Below are positions 22,747 through 35,360 of a stretch of DNA of 64,000 nucleotides, piece after piece (the stretch's first letter is position 1; every line of letters begins with the position of its first letter). The notes under the pieces were generated by a model, which ran no database searches, was not told the origin of the DNA, and worked only from the letters and a program-made list of their open reading frames with translations. The position numbers and the translations under genes are program-made. The DNA is taken from positions 1-64,000 of the forward strand of contig DF237075.1 of the NCBI GenBank assembly GCA_000708835.1, written 5' to 3'. The DNA is from Klebsormidium nitens (lineage: Eukaryota; Plantae; Klebsormidiophyceae).

Positions 22747-25700
22747 ATGGCTGACCAGAGCTATCCTTCAGATATTCGGAGTGATCTTCCTCTGGTCCAG
22801 CACGCAGACCTTGAGGGGAAGATTGTTCTTGTGCGAGTTGACCACAACGTGGTGTCCAAAGGTGAGACTCAGGTTGTTTGGTGTGCGTGGACTTCAATGT
22901 GCAGTGGTCTGGGAAGGGCTAAAGGATTATTCGTATCTGGCGGTTGAGTCACAATTTCGGGACAGCTTTCTCATCCTGCTCTGCGTCTATGATGTTGCTG
23001 ATGCTCTGCTATGTTCTATGCTTTCCAGGAGATTCAGGTTGATCCGAGGCAGAATTGTTTGACGACGGCGTCTCCTTACTCAATACTTACGGTCCAATGT
23101 TGTGCCTTGTGAATGGGACTTATGGTGCATTTTGTTGCATAGAGTGGAAATTGAAATCTGTTTCTCAGCAGAGTGAGCAGATTCTGCAGACGATGGATGC
23201 TTCACATAGCATCTGATCTCTCTCGCAGGCAAAATTCAAGACCAGTACCGTGTGGATCAGACTCTTTCCACCATCTACAACCTGGTTGAGAGGGGCGGTC
23301 GGCCAATTTTGATGTAAGTAGCAGGTTGCTGGTTGCTTTTCTTACTGGTGTCCTCCTCTAGCTATGGTACTCCTGGTGGTGCTGTTATTTCTTGCTTGTA
23401 ATATTGTAGCTCCCTGACGCCTCCTAACGATGTCATATGATTCTTGGACAGGACGCATATCGGGAGGCCGTATGACAAGAAGACCAAGACGATTCGCTGT
23501 GAAGCTGGGGATGCAGTGGACACTGTTGTTCAGTACCTTCAGCGAAAGCTGAAGATCAAGTTTGCCGTGCCAGATTTTGCCCCACACGGTGAGAATGAGC
23601 TGTTGCAAAGGAGTTATTTTATGAAGAGAACATTCTCTTTGTCATCCACCGCTTGGCGTCCTTATCTTGAAGGGCTCATGCTGAAAATCAGAAAAGCATG
23701 TCGTCATTACTTCCTTGTTTCATGATCAGTACTTTGTTTGTGCTGCAGGAACCCATGGCATCGAGGACATTGATACTTCTATCAACCATCTTCTGCATGA
23801 CCTGAGGTCAAAACGCATTGGAGGAGTCTACCTTCCCGTAAGTGAAGCTCTAGCTCTCCTGCATCTTCAAGGGTGATCCTTGCATTACACAGTATTGTTG
23901 TTTGTCCTTAAGCCTCTGACCACTCCTGCCATTTGGTATCATCAGCTTTCTCTCCCCTAGTAGGACCTCTTACGTACATGATGTTGGGCTATCTGACATC
24001 TCTTCTTATTTGTCTTGCAGAACACCAGATGGTTTGCGGTAAGTTGCTAGAGAACCTGATCTCAGATGCATTGCTTGATCTACGAGTCCGTTCTTTGCTC
24101 TATGCTAGGTAGTTGTCCTGCGATGGGTTGGTACTTTGCATTTGACTTACTGTATGTACGTATGTACATACCTTGTACATCATTGACAAGGTGCCGTCAT
24201 CTGTTACACAGGGTGAGGAGGCGAAAGGTGAACTTGCCGAGCGCTTCGCTGTGCAGCTCGCCGGACTAGCCGATGTCTATGTGAGTCTGTGACATCCAAC
24301 TTACTTGAAAGGCTTGTCTCAAGCTTCGGAGCCCCACTTGCTTCTTCGACCTTAGGCAGTTCGACTTGTAACACTTTACTTTTGGAGAGTAACAGGTCGT
24401 ACGAAGCGAGCTTTGTTTTTTGAGTGACTTCTAGTTTCAGAGTTTCATTATTCTGAGCTTCAGGACAATTTACTGCGACTGATCGACCAAGCATCTTGCA
24501 GGTGAACGACGCTTTCGGAAGCTGGCAACCACATGCATCCACGTATCACATAACGAAGCACCTGCCTTCATATGCCGGTAAGTCCATGCTATTGGTTAAT
24601 CACCCGGAGGACGGCTGCCAATTTTTTTTGCTATGGACAGAGGTTCATCGACCTCAGTCTGGTTGTGAATTGTACAGCATTTTTAGAGGCTCCATCTTTC
24701 CTAACTTGTGCACAATCAATTGGTCACAATTGCCAGTAAAGAGTCAGAGTCATCTATTTGTTCGTTTGTTGCAGGCCTCCTCATGCAAGACGAGCTGGCG
24801 CATTCCAGGCAGATTCTTGCGCCGCAAAGACCATTTGTGGTAAGTAGCCTATTGTACACGTATAGAATGAAATGTACTTTACAACAGATCCGTCCCTTGT
24901 CTTTGTTGCAGTCCGAAAGAATTTTATTATTCAACTCAATGACTTCGGGTTCATCTGTTTCTCTGTTGCTTGCAGGCCGTTGTTGCTGGTTCGAAGTACG
25001 ATACGAAGATTGGGCCCCTGACAGAGATCTACAAGAAGGTCGACTCCCTCGTTCTTGGAGGGTAAGTTCTAGTTCTGGAGAGAGCTGGCTTAGCTGCAAG
25101 CAAAAGGGTTTGACTGCTGTTCCTCTTGTAGCTCAGCAATCACATACGAACTTGCCGACCTGTCTTTCTCGTGTCCGTCTTTTGTTGTCGGTGGCGCACA
25201 GTTCTGTATCCTTCTGCGACAACATCCCTGCCAGCAGCTGACAAACTCAAAACCTCACGAAGGTACACCCACTCAGTAGAGATTTCTTTGTCCACATCAC
25301 GACCAATGTGGATGCGTCATAAACGGTTTCTTTCTTTCACCGTACTTTCGGAGCATTGTTTCATCCGCTCATACTGCTGTTGCCACGTCCAGGGTGATCT
25401 ACAACGCCTATCTCTGCGCCAAGTACGGTGTGAAGATCAAGGGCGTTGACGACGCCGATGTGGAGCTGGCCAAGACCCTTGTAGAGCAAGACAAGGTCGA
25501 GAAGAAGCTCGTTGAGCTGCCTCTCCTGGTTGAGAGCGACACGCTCGAGGGGAAGATTGAGGGCAAGTTCCGTACCATCTCGACGGCTGACTTCGCCCCC
25601 GGCAAGCAGTACAACTACATCCTGGACGCAGACCCGTCCTCGTTTGACGTCCCGTCCGTCTCCGACGCCTTCGCCAACGCGAAGACGATCTTTGTGAACG

Positions 25701-26677
25701 CTGTCATGGGCTTCACGCCGCACTTCTCAGAGGGCACGACCAAGTTGGACACTACAATCGACAAGAACACGTCGGCCTTCAAGTTTCTGGGCGGGGGTGA
25801 CACTCTGTACGAGGTGAGGTTCTTGCGAAGTTTGTGAGCGCACATAAGTGGCGACTGCATCGTTGCAGGTCAAGTTCCTGATTTCGAGCGGTTCGTTTCT
25901 TTGCCAAACGTCCCATCGAAAGCACTTCGGGCAGCAAACGCCCGCTGCTCCGATCCGCTGCCTGGCGCACTCATGAGTAGCCCTGTTACCGTGCTGTCTG
26001 AGCAGACGTTGGATTTTGAACGATGCAGAGGAGGAAAATGAAAGAATCAGCTTCTTCCTTGCTTGAATTCATGTGGTAAATATTCTTTTTGAAGACACGA
26101 ATCTCTATGCAGTTCAAGAAGCTGCTGCCGGGGCTGTACCATGCTGCGATTGACAACTCGAAGTACTACCTCTTCACCGGAGGAGGCACCGTGCTCAAGG
26201 TCATCGAGGTACGCAGCGGGATTTACAATGCTTACTGTTCCGTGTACAAGCGCCCAAACGTCACGAGGTTGCGGCTTGAAACTAGATACTTGCCTTTTAA
26301 AACTTTTGTATTTGGAAGCAGCCACTCCTTTCTTGCTCTCAAAACCATATGCAAGTTCGTCACTCTTTCTTATTTACATTCGGAAGATCCGTTTGTCTTG
26401 AGACAATCTTGCACTTTGCTTCCACACAAAGCAACTGTTTGGAAGCACTCTTCCTTCAGCAAGTAGGCGTTGACGTAGCATTGTCATGTCACTGCAGGAG
26501 GGTGACCCCTACGGACTTGAGCCCGTAAAAGCGCTCGTTGAGAACGCGGCAAGGTTCGGGACGATCAAGAAGCAAGAGTCGCCAAAAGTGTCAAATGGGT
26601 ATTCAAATGGATATCACTTTCCCAGCAAAGCGTTCCAGCAGGTCAAGCAGGCGTCTCCGGTGACGGTCAGCGCTTAG
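22747..26677 (+). CDS. PGK: Phosphoglycerate kinase family protein, strongly divergent from canonical plant cytosolic/plastid PGK; multi-exon, including an 18-nt microexon at 24021-24038
   Basis: PGK motifs in the expected order: LVRVDHNV, YRVD, MTHIGRP, NTRWF, YVNDAFGS..PHAST, AGSKYDTKI, LGGGDT, FTGGG. Exons join in frame. Confidence 0.85.
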
Positions 26678-27873
26678 GTAGGAATCACTGAAGGATCAGA
26701 ATAAGGTCACGGTAATTCATGCATATATTGGTCAGCCTGAAGCGCGCAAAATTACTATCGAGCTAGCTGCGGTGCCCCTCTTCTTGTACTTGAACCTATG
26801 AGAGAGAGCAATGCGACATTCATTGGATGGGACACCGCTGAGATAGAGATCAAAATCGGACCTCGAATCAAAAGTCATGACGAACGGCCCTTCCTTTCTT
26901 GTTCAATCTACAGACTCCGCAAATGCGAACAACTGCTGTACTGTCTGGCTGCTCTCCATGTTTAACAGTCTTCACTTTAAGTAAACGGAAAAGGCGGTTG
27001 TCTTCGACCTATAATCCTTGATGTCAAATAATACATTCCTTGGGACCGATTTTTCCAGCTATCCGTTCTCTAGTCACCGTTGCTGTCAGGGCATGTCTGC
27101 AAAGCTAGTGATCATGACCGCCTGTTTTGCAGCCAGCTATTCATGGTCACCCAATCCGGTCCGAACGGTACAGGTTAGCAATCGACGGGACACTTGAAAT
27201 ATCGAGTTCAAGCAAGCCCGTCATGAGCGGCAGCTCGATGATATATCGAATGGATGTGCCAGCTTCATGCTCCAGTAGAGTCTCCGTGCAATCTTGACGG
27301 TAGTCGCGGTCCTAGCTCCGGCATCAAGTATTTGTGCATTTGCCATGACTTGGTACATTTCTCATGTTGATGCCGGCCAGTGATCGAACTTTTGAATTTG
27401 AAGGCAAGCTAGAATTTTAACATCGCGAGCCGGAGCTGATTCATGTACAGTGCATGCATGCTTTGTTGTGGGGTAAAGTTGTTACCTGGGTCATGCAAAT
27501 GAGCAACTGCATGAGTATTGACTGCTGCCGATCTTGTACATGAATGCATACTACATGCAAGCGGTCGGCAAAAATTGCCCACTCAGGATACATATGTTGA
27601 CGCGGTTCAGAGGTTTTTCCTTTCGCAAACGGGTTATAACCTTTTGAACAGTTCCATTATTCTGCTGATGGAGTTCTCTTTGCATCTCTGCCGTTACTAC
27701 GACGTGCGCGGCTTCAGGCTTGCAACTCGCAATGATAGCGGCTAGAAATTTTTCGTAGCAATAGCAGTACTACCGTGGCCAAGCACCTCAACAGATCGGA
27801 ATAACGCGAGCTTCTATGTTACGAGTTCTGTCTGTTTCCACCTCATGAACTTATTGCAGCTTGCTATCTGTTC

Positions 27874-30800
27874 TTATTTGTGCTTGAGGCGCTTGTATTC
27901 GCTCCTGTAACTCTTCCTCGTCCTCTTGACAAGCAGTAAGCACGCAAAAACAGCGGAACAACACACACCGGAACAAATGAGAAAGGTAGGCCGGAAGCAC
28001 TGGGGTCCCATGCATACTGTCAGCGTGGCGTCACTGTTGTGGTCGTAGAAGTATCCCGCGAGGCAAGTGGAGAGCAAAAATGATCCTGTCGCCATCGACA
28101 ACCTGCAAAATAGAGGAACTCGTCTTCTTCAGTCCAGGAACCGACCGTAGCTGCCTGCGTGACAGGGCCTTGCAGAGCTCGGACCAGATTTACTTTTGTC
28201 TTCTTTTTTCCAGCCTGTAAAGAGTGTTGCTCGACGGCTGAAGGTTACAAAACTGCGCAGAACTTTATCGCAGGGGCTCGTCGGAAAGCGAGCGGCCTTG
28301 CGTGCCGTTTCTAACGGTCGAACCGCAGTCTTGCGGCCTTATCCGCAAATCTCCCACTTTCAAACCAACAAGCTGGTAGAAGATTAGACCTAGCCTCACC
28401 CGAAGAAGTTGTAGAGCGTGCCAAAGTGGGTCAGCCCGAAGAGCTCGCTGGTAACGGTGGGCAAGAGGGACAGGTGGCAGCCGTACGAGAAGCCGACGAG
28501 GAGGACGCATGAGTACAGCGTGCCCAGATCTGCACAGGTGGGGGAATGTCAATATGACGTGGAAGAGACAACTGGGAGCTTGCATACGTCCGTGAAGTTC
28601 AACTCGTTTGCGTTATGTACTTACGGCAAGAAGCGGCTTTCTCGCCTAAGAACAACTTGACGGGCTTAAAGGTCGGCGTATGGTTATTGTCCTGAGAAAT
28701 TCACACTAACAAGTTGCTTCCTCAATTCCGCGAGCCGACAACCTTACGCCACACGGAGCCGATCCCATCCTGCTTCATACCAGACCTCCGGAACAGCCAA
28801 GCATCTCCTCCAGACGCCAGTGACGCCTCAAGTGCCTCACAGTGTCGCGCTAAATACAAGGACGTAAACGGCTCGCATTAGGATTCTCCACGCTGCTTAC
28901 TCGCGTATGCCAGCAGCACTTGCGCGAGGCACATGATGGAGGAGGCGGCCACTAGGAAGTAGGGGCGGGGCACGCCGTACTTGTGCAGCAGCTCCTCGGA
29001 CCAGCACCTGCAAGGCAGCGCGCGCGCGCTCGTTTGCTCGCGGCTCCACAGCTCTGTTCTACGTTTACCCTTTTCACGTCTTCTCTGAAAGGTGCTCCGG
29101 ATGTACTTGCCGCAAACTCGCTGTGTTGCGGCAGGAAAAGACGCCTGTCTTGCAGATGAGAACCGTGTTTGAGAATGTGTTGTGATGAACACCAAAGACC
29201 TCGGCAAAGTCATATAACATCATCACTCCGCTATTTCGAGATGATTCAAAGCCACTGCCTTACTCGTGGAGCTCGAGATAGGAGCATAAACGCAGCTGTA
29301 CAGTTTGCAACGAAGTTCCTCGTGGCTCCATCCTCAGGACTCAACCTTCCTTTTGAGACCGTACTCCTGCATCTAGCAATCCATCGGAGCACTTCAAGCT
29401 TGCAAAGTCCGACGAAAGAGCGTCCGAGCTGCTCATCTGTTCCTCATAAGCGGGGTACACCACTCAACGCATAACGGATCTCCAGTTCTGCTGACTTCCG
29501 CACAAAACCCGGATGTTCGAGCGAGCCGAGAATCCGGTCGGCTCACCCTGCGGCGAGGCGGCCGAGGCAGTTGGCGACGCTGATGAGCGAGAGGCACGCG
29601 AAGGGCGCGGCGCCGCCGAGTGCAGTTACGATCTGCGCCAGGTTGTTGATGACGGTCAAGCCCGCGCCGGTGCTGCATGTGGCCACGTAGAAGAGCAGCC
29701 TGCGGACAAATCAGGTTTTAGGGTACTAGGCTTTACTGAGGGTTTCTGGGGGTTGTCAATCGAAAACGTGGTCGCCAAATCAAAGCAGAGAGCGGATCGG
29801 CCGAGAGAACAAAACAGGAACCGCTTAGGAAAGAGCACGCAAGATTTGGCACGGCGAGTCTGAGGCAGAAAAAAGAACGTTGAGAATCTACAGGTACAAG
29901 TACTTCTCTATGGAAGGAGCAGGTCAGAGAAGGAAGACTTGTCTCGGGTACGGTGCTACAAGCAGAAGAGACGTAGGTCTCGGGAGTCAAAGTCATGCCG
30001 GAAAATCGAACAAAGGGCGTCTAAAGGAGGGCTGGGCCGCCGTTTCTCTGTTTGAAAGGAGGCCGAGAAAAACGACACGTAGCTAGCTTAGTTGCTAAAC
30101 GGAGAGGCTCGACTTGCGAGTGACGGGTCCACAGTATTGTCAAGTTGCCGAAACACCCTGGAAGAGGTTACGACTGAGGATTTCTGAAGGCCGTCGGATC
30201 GACGCTTCCACCAAAGCAAGCGTCCCCGTGTGCCGCAAGTTCTCATCCGACTCACCAGAAGTTCAGCGTGCCAACGGCTTCTCTCAGCGTCAAGTCTTTT
30301 TTCTTCTCCGCGCCTTTGGTTTCCGGATCCCGCCAGTTGGGCAGAAGAGGGCTCCGGTCAGAAAGCCCCGGGCTGGTGGGGCTGAGGGGCGGGGACGTCA
30401 GCTCGGGGAGGCACGGCGGCATGCACGTCCGGAACTGGGGGCGAAATCAGATACGATATCAGAGGGGCGGAACTTTGGAGCGGAATGAGTTCCGGAACAA
30501 TCCGGACGTCGAACGCTCCACCATGTCGGTCCTTTCTGGATACCTTTTGAAAAAATTCTGATGGCTCAACAGCTAACAAGCGAAAGTGGAAGGGTACAGA
30601 ACGCCAAGTGCATGAAAAAGATGCTTGCAGTCACGGCTCGCGTGGGAAGGACTTAGCGCAGAGCAGGAGCTAATCCACCAGTCAACAAAGACTGCCCGAA
30701 GACTACCAGTGGCCTCGATCATTTCTGAGACTAGATGCAGGGGCGCAAGTTTCAGTGACAGGTAAACGGGCCGCTCACCGGGATCAAAGCAGGCATGGCC

Positions 30801-33460
30801 AGGATAGCGAGCATGACCACCATCAGGATGAAGCTGATGTGCTGCTCCAGTCTCCACTGCTGCTGGAATCCCGTCACTCCCAGCAAGTACAACCCCAGGA
30901 CTACGACCAGGATCTTGGCGAGCTTGAAACGCTCCGCCTTGTCCTCGCAGCTCTCGCCGTCGTACGACTTCGCGGGAACCAGCTTGATTATGGTCATGAC
31001 TGCACAAAAAGGAGACCAAGATCTCGTTTCTGCGGTTTTAGGCTTGTCGGCCAAAGGGAGGGCCAGCCAAAAAAGCGATTGTCTCCAGTGTGGCGTGTTG
31101 CAAACCCGTGGACAGTCTGCCAATGCTTAAACGTGGAAGTAAAGCCGGCTCCTTCCGAAGAGCGATTATCGTGCTTGGCTTCAGGTGTTAGCGAGAGTTG
31201 CAGATAGGACCGTGGAAGTTGACAGGGAATGAAAGCATAGTGGTCAAAGTGCTTCGGGAGTTGCCTCTCTCTCTTGGCAATACTGAGCAAGGTGTGATGT
31301 CTCTGATGCAGGTAGAAAACGGCCGGCATCACATACGTCACTCGCTGCTCTCAGTCCCGAAGACCTAACGCCAAATAACATCTCTATAACTGCTACCGCA
31401 AAAGTCATATGATTGCCCAAGACCACAACCTCTACCTCAGACATTTCAGCAACCACTGAGCAGCACCGCAGATCAGGGTTTCGACTGCATAGAAGTCGAG
31501 GTCGCTTGCCGCAAAAACGACTTAAAAACAAGACTGATGTGGAGGTGAAAAAGGTTGCTGCAACCCACCTGCCAAGCCAACGACTGCGGGCAGGATCGCA
31601 ATGAGCAACACGAAGTGGTCGACCTTTGGGGCGAACAAGCCAATGTAAATCTGTGTATAGATAGCTGCGCTGAGCCCTACAAAGCACTTGACCAGGCCCG
31701 CCACTGTGCCGCGGTCGTCTGGGAAGTTGCGCAAGCTGTGAGGAGAATGTATCAAGGTGAGTGGAAGAAGGAACTTGAGTGGGAGACAGAGCTGAGACTT
31801 GATTTTCTACATTCCTGTAATATTTCTACCTTTCGTAAGTCCTTTAGATGCAGAGGGTGATCAAATCCTTCTTGTCAATGCTGAGCAGCTGATTCACTCT
31901 CCTCCTCAGCGCAATGCAAATAGAGCTTTTATCCACATGGTGCTAAGTCTTCAATGAGCACAGATGGTGTCGTATAGAGTCATTGGTGCATCATCCATCA
32001 GCATGGCACTTGATATCTATGAGCTGAAAGCGCACCTTGAAACCACAGCTGCAGTGTCAAACCAGGTTTGACCATTGCACGCGATAGCAATTGTAAGGCA
32101 CATCTGCAGGGTGTAACAGGAAAGCTTTGTCATGAGAACATGCAGAACTAACGGATTTCCAGTGGTCTGAAGAGTTGCCAGACATAGACTGTGCCAAAGC
32201 AATATGCATGATCACCATTTCCCATCCCCATACCCCAATTGCTTGGAAAGAACCACTTCATTATCAATGACAAGAATGTATGCTGAGCCTGCGTCAGCGA
32301 CACAAGCAGATCTCAACTTTTCGCAAGCTCTTACCTGCCAGTAAGATAGCGTGACTGGAACACTATTCGTGACTGCAAGCCAGACCTGCAAGAACGAGGC
32401 TGACGTGTGAGGTTTTGAAGAGCTCTAAGCAGGTCCTTTTCTCCATGCTGCTGAAAGCTAGTATCAAATCCCTCCTCATGCTATCAACATGATGACAGTT
32501 TGGCAGCTAAAAGTAACGTGATCTTCTGACAAGCTTTGTGCTTCCTGTAAAGACTGGAATACTCACCACCAGGTAACCGCACAGGTTGAGTATCGAGCCT
32601 ATGAAGAGCGTTCTTCTGGGGCCATACATGTCGAAGACAATCCCTGAAATGATTCCCAAGCTGGCTCCCAAATCCTTTGCGGACCCCAGGCCATCTGTCT
32701 GTTGTTGACTGTAGTTCAGGATGGTCTTGAGGTCGTTGCTGTACATGCTGAAAGTGCAGACCAACCCATGTTCAGCTCAGCAGCTCGGATGCAAGGAAGG
32801 AGCCAAGAAATACACATCTACACGTTAAGAACCAGTCATGAAAACGTGTACAAACCAATCAGGCTGCAGACAGTATGCTTGCTGCTTTGCGACTATAATG
32901 CAGGCCAAAGAGCGGGAAACGGGTGCATTCCGCTCACCTGAAGGAATAGTGGAGCCCTGAATTGCACTGCAGAAGAAAGAATGCTACACATCAAGAGATT
33001 TTCATAAGAGAGTGACGGGACGATGAGAAAGAGGATGACTGCTGGAGCTATGTCTGATGCAAGACATTCTGGCAAGTTGATTCAAGCAGCTAGAGGAGTC
33101 TGCTCTTTAAAACAAAGTATGCTCCACTCAATTTGGATGACATTGTGGTACCTTATCTGCTATAGGCCTCACCTGGAGCCAAAGGGCAGCTATCAGAACA
33201 ACCCACCGACTATCCCAAGTAACACCCCTGCCATCCAATCCCATCCTGCTTGCCACACTTCCTGGGAATGAACCATAGCTACCCCGCTTGCTTTCAGTCG
33301 AGTAGCTGCTGCCAACATCACCATCAATACTGGAGCTCATCTGATTTCCGGGAACCCTGCTTGTCTCGTGGACTGTTGGTGGTGTAATCTCCGGAAGAGT
33401 TTCTCCCTTTTTCGTGTTGACCTTCACGTCTTCCACCTCGGACGCAGGATTGGGCGCCAT
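27874..33460 (-). CDS. Nodulin-like / NFD4-like major facilitator superfamily transporter, multi-exon
   Basis: RWVVLIAALWLQ; FSMYSNDLKTILNYSQQQTDGLGSAKDLGASLGIISG; NGQTWFDTAAVVS; RNFPDDRGTVAGLVKCFVGLSAAIYTQIY; C-terminal CMGPQCFRPTFLICSGVC. This is the typical plant nodulin-like MFS pattern. Confidence 0.88.
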
Positions 33461-35360
33461 GGCTTCAATCGAAGCCTAGTAACCCAGAAGCTGAGGTGTC
33501 TTTCTCAACTAGCCAAGGACGGCCAAGGACAACACTGCGAAAAGGGCCTCTCCACAGCTAGGACATCAGGACTGCCTCCTTCAAGGGCTCAATGTAAAAT
33601 GGACGACACTAATTAGTAACCTGAGCTGAGCTGGAGACTTTTTCCCAATCTCAGGCTGACATAAGTTTTTGACAGGCACTGCACTTGTCTGGCACCAGGC
33701 AGGCTGCAGCGAAGCGGCGAGCTCGTTGAGGCTGTCATACGGTAAGACATGTTGATGGAACCTACACCACAGGCAACAGATACATACATTCCAAGCGCAG
33801 GCTTCAAAGTTAGGGTTAGGGTTTGCTTTCGAAAGACGACATCATCGAAGCCGTTCAATCTTGCATATATCCATCGGACGGTCTGGAGAGTGGCGTAGGC
33901 CGGGTTTTAGGTTGCAAACAGCACCGCTAACCCACACGGGATGTCCACAGGATGTCAACAGCAGACTCATGGCTGACTAGGAACTCTTGAGGCACTCCCG
34001 CTCGCTGGGTTGACGGTTGACCTCACTATTACCTAGCCGCAAAACGGACAAAGTAACCGAACTATTTCCAAACCGTATGACTGTCGACGCTAGAGCCATC
34101 AGCAATCCGAGCAACCGAGTGACTTTGGTGGGGTTAGGTCGGGCGGCTAGGGTGCGTGGGGGTTTACCTCTAGGTTGCTGGCGGAACGCCTTAAGGTTTG
34201 GGTTTAATTTGATGGGGTCTCGCGTCAATGCAGCTTAGGTTTAGTGTTTGTTGGCATTCCCGGGAGCTGATTTGCCTCGGGGGATATACGCACCGTGAAG
34301 TATATACCAGCTATCGCGTTGAGCCTGCGAGGTTTCCCGCGGTACCTACCGTGTGCGCCGACGTTTCATCGGTTCGGAAAAAAGTTAGGCCACAGTCCAC
34401 TAGGCCTGACTTCGCGGTCCCGGGGGCGATGTTCGTCCGCGGCCGCGCAGATCCCCGCGCCGCCCAATCGCAGTGCGACTCACCAAAATAGACCTATACC
34501 TTACCCCATGCAAAGCTAGCCCCACCCGTGCCCCGAGCCATGACCATTAAACGTATACCTAGCACTATCCTACCTAAACCATAGGAGTATCGGACCAGGA
34601 CCTGCCCGGCATGCAAGCGTCGATGCAAGCGGTTAACTTTTAGAAGGGAGGGCAAGGATTGCAGCCGCGAATTTGAAGGGGCCGGGACCATCACGATTTA
34701 AGCTGTGGCAACAATCGCCATGATGCGCGTTAAGCACAGCTAGGCCCAAGTCATGAAGGTTATGACAAGGCGGGTAGACGTGCACATGCGCCGTTCAAGA
34801 GCCTTACATGTCTACAGATCGGGCCATACTAGAAGCTAAGTTCTATAGTATATAGTGAGCTATATATAAACATACTTGTTGTGTGCGTGGTTCAAAAGAA
34901 CATTAGTTTATATCATGAACGAACCATGTGAGAAGCGACATCATCGTTGGCTTCAATACGCTTGCGACACCTCTCATTAGGCTCCCAACTTCAGTATGTG
35001 AATCTAGAGTAACCTGACGTACCACGAAAGAACGAACAATACATGAAAGTGCTCGAATTGACCTGGCCTAACATAACGGCTGTATTCTACATCGTTCGTT
35101 AACTGACCGCGCCCCAAGGAGACTACTGTACATCTTGAAGTGGAGGTCCTCGAACACTACAAACTTCAAGCGCTCTTCTTGACAACATCTCGCAGTCAGC
35201 AACACGGCCTTCCCAAAGCAGAGTGCAGTATTGGAACGTTCCTCTGTCTCCAAGAAAGTCTTAGAAACTCCAAGCAACGAGCGCCATATGACTCCCTTTC
35301 ACCTCGGCCGGTACTCTAAAGATTGTACAAATCGTATCAAACAGCCTCCAACCTGTCCCG

